A stretch of DNA of 59,943 bases from Dethiosulfovibrio faecalis (lineage in GTDB: Bacteria > Synergistota > Synergistia > Synergistales > Dethiosulfovibrionaceae), in assembly GCF_021568795.1 (NCBI RefSeq), contig NZ_JAKGUE010000015.1, positions 1 to 59,943 on the forward strand, read 5' to 3'. The position numbers were made by a program, and so were the translations under genes. Of the stretch, positions 37,816-47,490 are shown in pieces. The notes under the pieces were generated by a model. That model did no database searches, was not told where the DNA came from, and saw only the letters and a list, made by a program, of their open reading frames with translations. Numbering within the stretch: the stretch's first letter is position 1; every line of letters starts with the position of its first letter.

Positions 37816-39207
37816 GTGATTCAACAGTTAGTAAGCACGGCAAACGGCATTCTGTGGGGCAAACTGATGGTCTGGCTGCTTCTCGGCACGGGGATCTTCT
37901 ACTCCTTGAGACTAGGGCTACCTCAGGTCAGACATTTCGGCCATATGTTCTCGGTCATATTCAAAGGCAGAAAGTCGGCCGAAGGAGGAATTACCCCTTT
38001 CCAGGCCCTATGTACCGGTCTGGCAGCCCAGGTAGGCACAGGCAACCTCGCAGGGGTCGCCACCGCCATAGTCTCGGGAGGCCCGGGAGCGATATTCTGG
38101 ATGTGGATAACGGCGTTGGTCGGGATGGCCACCATCTTCGGCGAGGCCACATTGGCCCAGGTTTTCCGGGTTAAGAGCAGCGACGGGACCTACAGGGGAG
38201 GACCGGCTTATTATCTGGAGAAGGGACTAGGACAACGATGGATGGGGGTTCTTTTCGCCTTCTCCATAATCGTGGCTATGGCCTTCATCTTCAATGCGGT
38301 TCAATGCAACTCCATAGCAGCAGGCCTTAGAGGAGCATTCCAGCTCAACGAACTATACGTAGCCATAACGGTGATAATACTGACCGCTCTTGTCATCTTC
38401 GGAGGACTCAGAAGGATAGCCCAGGTGGCGGAGGTTATCGTCCCTCTCATGGCCGGTCTCTATATACTGGGGTCGCTATACGTGGTGCTCACCCACATTT
38501 CAGAGATCCCCGCCGTGTTCTCCCTCATCTTCAAGAGCGCCTTCGGCCCTAAACAGGTCGCGGGAGGAGTACTGGGACACACCGTGGCCATGGCATTCCG
38601 TTACGGAGTCGCCAGAGGGCTTTTCTCCAACGAGGCGGGCATGGGGTCCACTCCAAACGCTCACGCTACAGCCGACGTCCGACATCCGGCCAGACAGGGG
38701 TTCACCGCCATGATGGGAGTCTTCGTGGACACTATCCTGATATGCACCGCAACAGCTGCCATAATACTCCTCTCCGGGACGGTCGATAGCGGCAAGACCG
38801 GAGTCGAGCTCACACAGCTGGCGGTGGATGCGACTCTCGGCTCCTGGGGCCCCACCTTCATCGCGATAGCCCTGATGTTCTTCGCCTGGACCTCGATATT
38901 GGGCAACTATTATTACGGAGAGAGCAACCTGATGTACATCTTCCCCAACTGCGGTAAATCAGGGTTGACGGTATATAGACTCATGGTCTTGGGAATGCTC
39001 CTTTTCGGCGCGACCAGTTCGGTTCCCTTCGTGTGGGAACTGGCGGATTTCTTCAATGCGATAATGGCGCTGCTAAACCTCGTCGGCATACTGCTGCTGT
39101 CGGGAGTGGTGATAAAATTCATGAAAGACTACGAAAACCAGATCAAGGCGGGAATAGACGATCCCGTGATAGACAAGGAGAAGTTCTCCTCATACTACAA
39201 CAGATAG
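37816..39207 (+). CDS. Alanine/glycine(amino acid):cation symporter (AGCS family)
   Basis: 463 aa, ~11 TM, GTGNLAGVATAI motif typical of sodium:alanine symporters. GTG start. Confidence 0.85.
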   Translation: MIQQLVSTANGILWGKLMVWLLLGTGIFYSLRLGLPQVRHFGHMFSVIFKGRKSAEGGITPFQALCTGLAAQVGTGNLAGVATAIVSGGPGAIFWMWITALVGMATIFGEATLAQVFRVKSSDGTYRGGPAYYLEKGLGQRWMGVLFAFSIIVAMAFIFNAVQCNSIAAGLRGAFQLNELYVAITVIILTALVIFGGLRRIAQVAEVIVPLMAGLYILGSLYVVLTHISEIPAVFSLIFKSAFGPKQVAGGVLGHTVAMAFRYGVARGLFSNEAGMGSTPNAHATADVRHPARQGFTAMMGVFVDTILICTATAAIILLSGTVDSGKTGVELTQLAVDATLGSWGPTFIAIALMFFAWTSILGNYYYGESNLMYIFPNCGKSGLTVYRLMVLGMLLFGATSSVPFVWELADFFNAIMALLNLVGILLLSGVVIKFMKDYENQIKAGIDDPVIDKEKFSSYYNR

Positions 39208-39211
39208 GACG

Positions 39212-40138
39212 ATGATTCCCATGAAGGATATCCTCGAAGAGATCTCCAGAAGGAGTCGGCTCAAGGCGACGGAGGGGACGGTTGCATCCTATATACCGGA
39301 GCTGGCGAAGGCCGATCCGGAGGCTTTCGGCCTGGCCGTGACGGAATGCGACGGAAGCCAGTATCTGTCGGGAAACTGGGACTACACCTTTACCCTACAG
39401 TCCATATCCAAGATAGTAACTCTGGCCCTGGCATTGGAGGAACGAGGACCGGAGAGGGTCTTCTCCTCCGTCGGGAGCAGTCCCACTGCGGACCCCTTCA
39501 ATTCCATAATGAGACTGGAGATGGACGCTCCCCACAGACCGAACAACCCTCTGATAAACTCCGGCGCCATAGTGGTGGTGTCCCTTCTTCCCGAGGAAGG
39601 CAGAGAGAGAAAGGTCGACGCCATCATGGATCTCTGTCGAAAATTGATGGCCAACGACTCGATAGACATCGACGACAGGGTCTACCGATCGGAGAAGAAC
39701 ACCAGCGACAGAAACAGATCGCTCGCCTATTTTCTGAGAAGCGTAGGCAGCTTGAACGGAGATGTCGAGGATATCCTGGACGTGTATTTCAGACAGTGCA
39801 GCATAAAGACCTGCGCCAAAGATCTATCTATCATGGGAGCGACCTTCGCATGCGACGGTCTAAACCCCATATCGGGAAAGCAGATAATCTCTCCCGCCAC
39901 GGCCAGAACGGTTAGGGCAATAATGACGACCTGCGGAATGTACGACGGCTCGGGAGAGTTCGCCGTGAAGGTGGGCATCCCCGCCAAAAGCGGCGTAGGA
40001 GGAGGAATCCTAGGCACGGTTCCCGGGAGGATGGGCATCGGCGTGGTGAGCCCCCCTCTGGACGAGAAGGGAAACTCCGTAGCCGGCCTCGCTGCGATGA
40101 AGGAGATATCGGAAAAACTAAGATGTCGGGTGCTATGA
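39212..40138 (+). CDS. glsA: Glutaminase A
   Basis: Beta-lactamase-fold glutaminase. Active-site Ser-x-x-Lys in LQSISKIVTL. 308 aa. Confidence 0.85.
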   Translation: MIPMKDILEEISRRSRLKATEGTVASYIPELAKADPEAFGLAVTECDGSQYLSGNWDYTFTLQSISKIVTLALALEERGPERVFSSVGSSPTADPFNSIMRLEMDAPHRPNNPLINSGAIVVVSLLPEEGRERKVDAIMDLCRKLMANDSIDIDDRVYRSEKNTSDRNRSLAYFLRSVGSLNGDVEDILDVYFRQCSIKTCAKDLSIMGATFACDGLNPISGKQIISPATARTVRAIMTTCGMYDGSGEFAVKVGIPAKSGVGGGILGTVPGRMGIGVVSPPLDEKGNSVAGLAAMKEISEKLRCRVL

Positions 40139-40147
40139 CAAAATGAT

Positions 40148-40183
40148 GAAAGCCCGGAGCCCATCGATGGGCTCCGGGCTTTC
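40148..40183. terminator. Bidirectional terminator between the convergent glsA and citX genes
   Basis: AAAGCCCGGAGCCC-atcgat-GGGCTCCGGGCTTT. Confidence 0.65.
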
Positions 40184-40691
40184 ACTCTCTCCATCCCGAC
40201 TTTTCCAGGATCCCTTCGATCTCTTCCAACAGCTCCGATAGGCCGTGTCTCCTACAATAGGAGCACTCCTTGGCCGGACGATCGCATATGAGACACCTTC
40301 TGGGAGGGAAGCCAAGCTCGCTCCTCCCCAGGGGAGCTCCGTTCTCGTCCAGAACGTCCAGATCTACGATCCTGCCCAAACCGTGGCTCTCTTCGATCGC
40401 CAGAGCCCTTTTTTTAAGTTCCTTGCCGGAAAGATCGACCACCCAGTGGACGGAAGGCCCGTCGGCACCGTCCAGGTCGCTTCGCCGAGATAGAACGGAA
40501 CCCAAGGTCTTCTCTACCTCATCGGAGATGACTTTAAGAGCCCAAAAGACCCCTGGAGCGCTTTTATCCGGACCGGGAACCGTCATGGAGAGAGACAACA
40601 CCGGCTTCCCATAAGTTCGGGACAGCTTTTTTCTCAGGTTCCACCGGGCCTCCCTGGCCGCCAGTATAAGATCCATGGATTCGTTACCCAA
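40182..40691 (-). CDS. citX: Apo-citrate lyase phosphoribosyl-dephospho-CoA transferase (holo-ACP synthase)
   Basis: HGLGRIVDLDVL...LGFPPRRCLICDRPAKEC matches the CitX signature HPLGRLWDIDVL...LPPRRCLLCE. 169 aa. Confidence 0.75.
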   Translation of the reverse strand: MGNESMDLILAAREARWNLRKKLSRTYGKPVLSLSMTVPGPDKSAPGVFWALKVISDEVEKTLGSVLSRRSDLDGADGPSVHWVVDLSGKELKKRALAIEESHGLGRIVDLDVLDENGAPLGRSELGFPPRRCLICDRPAKECSYCRRHGLSELLEEIEGILEKSGWRE

Positions 40692-40692
40692 C

Positions 40693-42096
40693 TCAGGACA
40701 CCTCCGATATCCGGTCGATTAAACTGCCGTCACGATACTCCACTATTCCCACCGTTCGTCCCTTAGGCCTAGAGGATCGGGGAACACCGGTTATGGAGAG
40801 GGCGATCTCCCTGAGCTCCCGAATCGACATGACCGGAAGCCCCGCTCGGTCGAGAGCTTCCCTCAGTTCCGGCCGCCTCGGGTTCACAGCAATACCTCTC
40901 TCCGTTACCAGAAGGTCCACCGTATCACCGGGAGTGCTCACAGTGGTAACCCTGTCGACGACTATCGGCAATCTTGACCTCACCAAAGGGGCCACGACCA
41001 CCGCCAACTTCGCTCCGGCGGCGGTATCGCTGTGTCCTCCGGACCCTCCGATTATCCGTCCGGAAGAGTCGGTATGGACGTTTACGTTGAAATCCAGGTC
41101 TATCTCGGTCGCCCCCAGTATCACCACGTCCAGATCGTCCACCAGAGGTCCCTTGGTCCCGGGGCTGGCGTATAGAGAGGCGGAAACCTCCACGTGTCTC
41201 TCGTCCTCGGCTATCGACTTTACCGCCTCCAGGTCGAAGCACTGGACGTCGTAAAGCCGTTTGACCAGACCTTCCCGAAGGAACCTCACCATATGGGATG
41301 TTATTCCTCCCATTCCAAAGCTCCCGACGACTCCTAGGTCCCTCATCATATCCCTCAGATAGGAGGCGGCAGCCAAGGAAGCACCTCCAGCTCCGGTCTG
41401 AAAGGAAACGCCGTCGGCCAACAGCCCCGACGCCTTTATCGCCATGGCGGCATATCTGGCCATCACCAACGCGACTGGATCTCTGGGCATCCTGGTGGTA
41501 CCAGAGACTATCCCGGCGGGATCGCCGATGGAGTCCACCGTCACCACCGCATCGACGAGGCTCTGATCTATCGACGCCGGAGCCACACGGTCCACCGGAT
41601 TGTCCGTTACGGCCAAGACCCTCTTGGCGCAGCGAGCGTCGGCCATGGCGTAACCGAGAGAGCCGCAGGCGGAAGGCCCCTTCGTCCCGGTGAGGTTTCC
41701 TCTTCCGTCGGCGGAAGGAGCAGCCACAACGGCTATATCTATCGGCAACTCGCCCGACTCTATCGACCTGGGTCTTCCTCCATGGGTCCTGAAGATCACC
41801 GGCTCTGCGATGCCCCCTCGAGAGACGAAATCGGCCACGGGACCGCTCATGTAGTTGACCTCGAGACGGGACACCGTCCCCTTGCGGATATGTTCCACCA
41901 ACGGCGCGTGTACCGGAAAGATAGAGCTGGCCGCGACGGTCAATCCCGATACTCCCAGCGAGAAAGCCGCATCCAACGTCCCGTTCAGCACCGCATCGCC
42001 GTTTCTGAGATGATGATGAAAGGACAGTGTCATGCCGTCGGCCAATCCCATAACCTTAAGGGCCTCTTTCAGGCTCCCGATCATCTTATCTCTCAA
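40693..42096 (-). CDS. citF: Citrate lyase alpha subunit (citrate CoA-transferase)
   Basis: DGMTLSFHHHLRNGD, HAPLVEHIRKG, ACGSLGYA, SGGHSDTAA, collinear with E. coli CitF. Confidence 0.9.
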   Translation of the reverse strand: MRDKMIGSLKEALKVMGLADGMTLSFHHHLRNGDAVLNGTLDAAFSLGVSGLTVAASSIFPVHAPLVEHIRKGTVSRLEVNYMSGPVADFVSRGGIAEPVIFRTHGGRPRSIESGELPIDIAVVAAPSADGRGNLTGTKGPSACGSLGYAMADARCAKRVLAVTDNPVDRVAPASIDQSLVDAVVTVDSIGDPAGIVSGTTRMPRDPVALVMARYAAMAIKASGLLADGVSFQTGAGGASLAAASYLRDMMRDLGVVGSFGMGGITSHMVRFLREGLVKRLYDVQCFDLEAVKSIAEDERHVEVSASLYASPGTKGPLVDDLDVVILGATEIDLDFNVNVHTDSSGRIIGGSGGHSDTAAGAKLAVVVAPLVRSRLPIVVDRVTTVSTPGDTVDLLVTERGIAVNPRRPELREALDRAGLPVMSIRELREIALSITGVPRSSRPKGRTVGIVEYRDGSLIDRISEVS

Positions 42097-42099
42097 GGA

Positions 42100-42960
42100 C
42101 TACGCCTCCCCTCTCATGGCCAAGGTCTTTCTAGCCCTTGCCGCCACAGGGGCGTCCACCATCTTGCCTCCGACCGAGACGGCTCCCTTTCCTGCCCTCT
42201 CTCCCTCCTCAAGAGCCCGAACGACCGCCCTGGCCCACTCCATTTCCCCGTCGGTGGGGGTGAAGGCCCGGTTTACCGCCTCCACGTGTCTGGGAGATAT
42301 CAAAGCCTTGCCGTCGAATCCGATGGACCGAGCGAAAAGAACGTCCTTCACCAACCCTTCCATATCGTCGGTATCGGTGAAGGGTGTATCGATGGCGTCG
42401 ATCCCCGCAGCCTTGGCAGCCATCACCATACGTCCCCTGGCGTAGGAGATCTCCTCTCCGTCAACGGTTCTGGGAACGCCTAGGGCCGCGGTGAGGTCCT
42501 CCGCACCCAGCAACATCCCCGACACCCTACGAGCCGTCGCTATATCTCCCGAGTTCTCAACCCCTGTGGGAGTCTCAACCAACGCGATAACGTCCAGGGC
42601 CCCTTCCTCCCTGCCGACCCTTTTCTCCGCGTCGGAGAGAGCTCGATCGAGCTCCTCCATCTCGGCGCGACTCTGGGCCTTGGGAAGCATGATCGAGTCC
42701 GCTCCTCCGGCTACCACCGCCTCCAGATCCTCCAACCATATGGGACGGTCCATGGAGTTTATCCTGACGATCCTCTCGCACCCCTTCATGGGAAGCACCG
42801 CAAGAGCGTTTCTGACGAGTATCCTAGCACCGTCCTTCTGATCCTGGGCGACGGCGTCCTCAAGATCGAAGATTACTCCGTCGGCCCCGAAGACCCCGGC
42901 GTTGGCTACCATTCCCGGATTGTTGCCAGGCACGAACAGTAGGCTCCGTCTTCTTTTCAT
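42100..42960 (-). CDS. citE: Citrate lyase beta subunit (citryl-CoA lyase)
   Basis: RSLLFVPGNN...DLEDAV and GFDGKALISPRH, HpcH/HpaI aldolase fold. Confidence 0.9.
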   Translation of the reverse strand: MKRRRSLLFVPGNNPGMVANAGVFGADGVIFDLEDAVAQDQKDGARILVRNALAVLPMKGCERIVRINSMDRPIWLEDLEAVVAGGADSIMLPKAQSRAEMEELDRALSDAEKRVGREEGALDVIALVETPTGVENSGDIATARRVSGMLLGAEDLTAALGVPRTVDGEEISYARGRMVMAAKAAGIDAIDTPFTDTDDMEGLVKDVLFARSIGFDGKALISPRHVEAVNRAFTPTDGEMEWARAVVRALEEGERAGKGAVSVGGKMVDAPVAARARKTLAMRGEA

Positions 42961-43265
42961 CTGACACCCTCGCAGCCACGCAACAGTGCTGTTTCCACCC
43001 GAGCCCTTAATGTACAGTCTAGAGCCCCTCTGTCCTTTACTGACAGGGTACAGCTATCCACGGAAAGATTCTTCAAAACCTCCATGACCGATCTTTCTAT
43101 AGCGTCCCCGAACTGAGCCTTTACCACGCTCTCTATCTCGACTGAAAGCTCGTTCGAGGGCTCTACCGTCACCATTGCGTCGTTGGATTCCATTGAACCG
43201 GCGACGGCCATCCTCAGGATCTTCACAGAGAACACCTCCAAAACGAAAATGGCGCCGGAAGCCAT
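42957..43265 (-). CDS. citD: Citrate lyase acyl carrier protein (gamma subunit)
   Basis: AVAGSMESNDAMV prosthetic-group Ser motif (compare AVAGTLESGDVMI). The true start is probably downstream, near MAVAG at about 43211. Confidence 0.8.
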   Translation of the reverse strand: MASGAIFVLEVFSVKILRMAVAGSMESNDAMVTVEPSNELSVEIESVVKAQFGDAIERSVMEVLKNLSVDSCTLSVKDRGALDCTLRARVETALLRGCEGVR

Positions 43266-43293
43266 AAAGCCTCCGACGCCGTAAAAGCCGGAA

Positions 43294-44574
43294 CTATCCC
43301 AGCACGGGAAGCAACAGGCTTACCAATATAAGGATCAGAGCACCTCCGAGACGGGAGGATATCTGAGCGAAGGGCATAAGCTCCATCCTCTTGGCCGCGG
43401 ACAGAACCGCGACGTCCCCGGTTCCCCCCATGTTGGCCATACAGAGACCGGCGGTTATGGCCGACTCGACGAAGTTGAAGCCCACTGCCATCCCGGCAAA
43501 TCCCGCCCCGACGACAGCTCCGAATACCACGACCGCCACCAAAACTATGTACTGAACAGACACGGCGTTTATGACCGCTCCGAGGTCGGTATAGGCAACC
43601 CCTATACCCACGAGAAGCGCGGCTGTAAAGTTCTTGGCCACGAACTTGTACCACATATTACAGCTCTTCTGGACCGACTCGGGAACGAGGTTGAATATCT
43701 TGCACATGGCTACCGCTATTATCATGAGGGCGTAGGAGTGGATCATAGGCACCACTTTGTTCAAAAGAAGCCCCAGGATGAAGAAAACACAGGAGACCAT
43801 CACGCCTACCCCCATCATCTCTATGCTCGGGGTTATCTCCTCTTCTTTCTCCACCTTGAAGTCCTTCATGAGATGTCCGTTGCCGGTCAGGGAAGGACGG
43901 GCCTTGCCCAGTTTGTCCAAGAGTCCGGCCGCCACGATGGACATAACGTTACCCAGCGCCAATGCCGGTATCAGTATGGACAGTATATCCTTGGTATCCA
44001 TCTTGGTTATGGTGCTGAATATCTGGGACATCGGCACCGCACCGGCTCCCATGCCGCCTCCCATTATGGGCATGGCTATATGCATTATACCCTGCTGCCA
44101 TCCGTAGCCTATCATGCCTGCCACCACGGCTGCCAGACCACAGGAAACCAGCACCGCCGCCAACAAAGGAGCGGCGTATCTAGCTCCTGCCTTTATAAGC
44201 AGATCCGAGCTTATACCGAGTATGCTTCCGCATATCAGTGCCGCTATGTAGAAGTTGAGGAACCCTCCACCCTTCATAAAGTCGGTGATTATCTTGACGG
44301 TGGAATCGGGCATGACTCCGAAATATACCAGGGCTGCCGTTCCGAATATACAGACCAGAGGAGCCCCTCCGAGATATTCGTTGACCACGGGGGTTTTGTC
44401 CCCGATCTTGTCCATGATGGCGCCCATGGTCATCATGGCAGCCAGGGCTCCTATCATTCCCTTGGGCAGTTTTCCTATATACATCGCCAGGATCACGAGC
44501 CCCAGGCACACCGCGAAAAGAACGGGGGAAAGCCCCCAGATGGTAAAACTCTTTCTATCCGTCTGCACGGTCAT
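43294..44574 (-). CDS. 2-hydroxycarboxylate transporter family (CitS/CitP/MleP-like citrate/malate carrier)
   Basis: 426 aa, ~11-13 TM, two-repeat 2-HCT profile. Confidence 0.7.
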   Translation of the reverse strand: MTVQTDRKSFTIWGLSPVLFAVCLGLVILAMYIGKLPKGMIGALAAMMTMGAIMDKIGDKTPVVNEYLGGAPLVCIFGTAALVYFGVMPDSTVKIITDFMKGGGFLNFYIAALICGSILGISSDLLIKAGARYAAPLLAAVLVSCGLAAVVAGMIGYGWQQGIMHIAMPIMGGGMGAGAVPMSQIFSTITKMDTKDILSILIPALALGNVMSIVAAGLLDKLGKARPSLTGNGHLMKDFKVEKEEEITPSIEMMGVGVMVSCVFFILGLLLNKVVPMIHSYALMIIAVAMCKIFNLVPESVQKSCNMWYKFVAKNFTAALLVGIGVAYTDLGAVINAVSVQYIVLVAVVVFGAVVGAGFAGMAVGFNFVESAITAGLCMANMGGTGDVAVLSAAKRMELMPFAQISSRLGGALILILVSLLLPVLG

Positions 44575-44602
44575 ATAGATCGTCTCCTCTGCTGTCGTTG
44601 TA

Positions 44603-45841
44603 TTACGCTCTGGCTATCCCGGCCTTTCTAGCCGCCTCCGACACCGCTTTGGCGACCGTCGGGACGACCCTCTCGTCCAAGGCCTCGGGAATTATCCTCT
44701 CGGAGGAAAGTTCATCGTCCGAAACCAGTCCGGCCAGTGCGTAGGCCGCGGCCAACTTCATCGACTCGTCGATATCGCTGGCCCTCACGTCCAAGGCCCC
44801 TTTGAATATGCCGGGAAAGCCGAGACAATTGTTGATCTGGTTCGGGAAATCGCTGCGCCCTGTGGCGACGACTGCGGCTCCTGCCTTCACGGCCTCGTCG
44901 GGGTATATCTCCGGGGTCGGGTTGGCCATGGCGAATATTATGGCATTGGAAGCCATCGAACGGACCATGTCGGCCGTGACCAATCCGGGACCGGATATGC
45001 CAAGGAAAACGTCCGCTCCCACGATGACGTCCGCCAGGGTCCCCGATTCCTTGCCCCTGTTGGTCTCCTCGGCCATCTCCTTCTTGATCCAGTTCATGTT
45101 GGTCTCTCTTCCCTCGTAGATGGCTCCGGCTCTGTCGCACAATATGACGTTACCGGCCCCTACGCTCTGAAGGAGCTTGCATATGGCTATACCGGCGGCA
45201 CCGGCACCGTTCATCACTATCTTGACATCCTCTATGGACTTACCGACCAATTTAAGTGAGTTGAGCAAACCGGCCAGGACTATTACCGCCGTTCCGTGCT
45301 GGTCGTCGTGAAAAACCGGTATATCCAGTCTTTCCTTAAGCTTTCTCTCGATCTCGAAGCATCGGGGGGCGGCGATGTCCTCCAGGTTGATGCCGCCGAA
45401 TCCGCTGGCTATCATGGCAGTGGTCTCAACTATCACGTCCACGTCCTTGCTGCCGACGCAGATCGGGAAGGCATCGACCCCGGCGAAACGCTTGAAGAGA
45501 ACCGCCTTGCCCTCCATCACGGGAAGTCCGGCGGCTGGACCTATATCGCCCAACCCCAGGACGGCGCTTCCGTCGGTTACGACTGCCACCATGTTTCCCT
45601 TGGTCGTGTAGGTATACACGTCCTCGGGATTTTCCTTGATCTTACGACAAGGCTCGGCGACGCCGGGCGTGTATACCACCGCCAGATCGTGCATATCTTT
45701 CACGGGAATTCGACTCTCCACGCTGAGTTTACCCTTGGCCTCGGCGTGGGCCTTCAACGCCTCCATATAGATACCCGAATCGCTCACAGAGATCTCTCCT
45801 TTCAGATCTAAACCGGTCTGTCGACAGGTTCTTACCGTCAT
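44603..45841 (-). CDS. Malic enzyme family protein (short form; CitM-like oxaloacetate decarboxylase / NAD-malic enzyme)
   Basis: VYTPGVAEPC, Rossmann GAGAAG. The true start is probably at MEALKAHAE (about 45766). Confidence 0.85.
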   Translation of the reverse strand: MTVRTCRQTGLDLKGEISVSDSGIYMEALKAHAEAKGKLSVESRIPVKDMHDLAVVYTPGVAEPCRKIKENPEDVYTYTTKGNMVAVVTDGSAVLGLGDIGPAAGLPVMEGKAVLFKRFAGVDAFPICVGSKDVDVIVETTAMIASGFGGINLEDIAAPRCFEIERKLKERLDIPVFHDDQHGTAVIVLAGLLNSLKLVGKSIEDVKIVMNGAGAAGIAICKLLQSVGAGNVILCDRAGAIYEGRETNMNWIKKEMAEETNRGKESGTLADVIVGADVFLGISGPGLVTADMVRSMASNAIIFAMANPTPEIYPDEAVKAGAAVVATGRSDFPNQINNCLGFPGIFKGALDVRASDIDESMKLAAAYALAGLVSDDELSSERIIPEALDERVVPTVAKAVSEAARKAGIARA

Positions 45842-45925
45842 GACAGCTACACTGTACCGGGATAAAGCCCGAACATCAACGTATTAGAACACAAAAAAGA
45901 CTTTTGGTCATTTCGGTCACGAAGA

Positions 45926-45962
45926 GACAAAAAAGCAGGCGAACCTAAACAGGTCCGCCTGC
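45926..45962 (-). terminator. Rho-independent terminator after the flagellin-like gene
   Basis: Minus strand GCAGGCGGACC-tgttta-GGTTCGCCTGC followed by TTTTTTGT. Confidence 0.5.
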
Positions 45963-45980
45963 CCCATAGATACCGCCACT

Positions 45981-47126
45981 CTATATAGACACCCTGGAGG
46001 AACTTCTGCCTTGATCAAACAACTCCTGAAGTAGTGCAGAATCATCCATGTCGAAGATCAGATCCCGAAAATAGGTATCCTCCACCCCGAGGTCGGAATA
46101 TATATCGTCCTTGAATAAAGAATCCACCTCGGAGAACATCTGACCGAGAGGGCTGGTCACGTCGATCATACGAAGATCGGAAAAGTCCGCTCCTAGGGAA
46201 AAGGCCATGGTCCCCAGGGGACCGTCCACCTTGTTCTGAAGGTCCAGCAAGTCCCTGTTCACCGATAGGTCCTTTCTCGCTCCACCTGAGTCGGAGGATT
46301 TCATTTTCTCCACGAATTCCTCGAACTTTGCGGACATGTCCCATATCTTCTTGAGATCGTCGTCTATCCTGTCCGTTATCTCGCCCGATCTCTCCGGATC
46401 GATCAGCATCATGTCGTCCTGGGCAAACATCGGCTCGGACGCCACTTCCGAAAGGCTCTTCCCAGATTCTCCGGCCTCCGCCAAGGCGGAGATGAGTTTG
46501 TCCGTGTGACTCTCCAAAACATTGCCCTTGCCCGTGGCGACAAGCGTAACATAATGTACCGTATCACCGTTTATCATTGGGGCACCTTCCTCTGGATCAA
46601 GTTTTCTGGCACCAAAGATCCGCAAGCCATCAAGACCTAGATTACCTAGATTGACTTTATTTAAAGACTGATCAGAGGAGAGATCCAAGAAGCAACCGTA
46701 AAATCCATATTCGTCGGATCCTTCAACTCCCTCACCTACTATGCTTTTCGCTCCGTCAGTAGGGAGGGTGGACTCGTAGGTCTTTCCGGCCAACTTCAAG
46801 GCCACAGAATGGATTTCCCTATGCAAATCTGACTGAAACTCAGCCATTCTGGACTGAAGCAACAGCCTCTCGTCCTCCGAAAGCGACTCCTCCCCTTTTT
46901 CGGAGATCAGCTTCATTCCCTGCATAACCTTGCCTATTCTCTCGAATCCATCCCTTATGGTGGACACCGCCTGACTTTCCTCCAAGGAAAGCTCCTCCGT
47001 GGACGAGGTCTTCAGAACACTTCCGCTCTCCAGCTTTCGACCTCCCACCCGGAGTCCTGCCGCTTGATATCCTAGGCTCTTTCCCCATATACCGGAAAGA
47101 TTATGATCGTTTCCGTATATCCTCAT
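45981..47126 (-). CDS. Hypothetical protein with weak flagellin/FlgL-like N-terminal helical pattern
   Basis: 381 aa. N-terminal MRIYGNDHNL...AAGLRV and EDERLLLQSRMAEFQSDL loosely resemble flagellin D0/D1 helices. The C-terminus does not match. No catalytic motifs. Confidence 0.3.
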   Translation of the reverse strand: MRIYGNDHNLSGIWGKSLGYQAAGLRVGGRKLESGSVLKTSSTEELSLEESQAVSTIRDGFERIGKVMQGMKLISEKGEESLSEDERLLLQSRMAEFQSDLHREIHSVALKLAGKTYESTLPTDGAKSIVGEGVEGSDEYGFYGCFLDLSSDQSLNKVNLGNLGLDGLRIFGARKLDPEEGAPMINGDTVHYVTLVATGKGNVLESHTDKLISALAEAGESGKSLSEVASEPMFAQDDMMLIDPERSGEITDRIDDDLKKIWDMSAKFEEFVEKMKSSDSGGARKDLSVNRDLLDLQNKVDGPLGTMAFSLGADFSDLRMIDVTSPLGQMFSEVDSLFKDDIYSDLGVEDTYFRDLIFDMDDSALLQELFDQGRSSSRVSI

Positions 47127-47490
47127 AGTTCTCTACCTTTTTACTAACATCAACAACACAAGTCCCGATAGAAGCATAGAGAAATTCCTGGACACGAACA
47201 TCTCCTCCTTGAAAATCATCAGATATTCGTGGCACCCTCCATTATTTTTATCGACGTTATCATTTAAAACCATTAGTTTTTAGATAATAACCAAGACAAC
47301 AAACACAAACTGCGGACTATTCCATCCAGTCTCATATTACGCAAAACATGCTGCGGACCTAAAGTCTGGATATCTCGATGTCGTTATCTCTATCGTACGG
47401 TGAGTCAGACATGGCCTGAAGACTGTCGTCCATACCAATTCATGATATATACTCTTACTAAACTAAACGCCGGGATTCCTCGGTTAAGGA

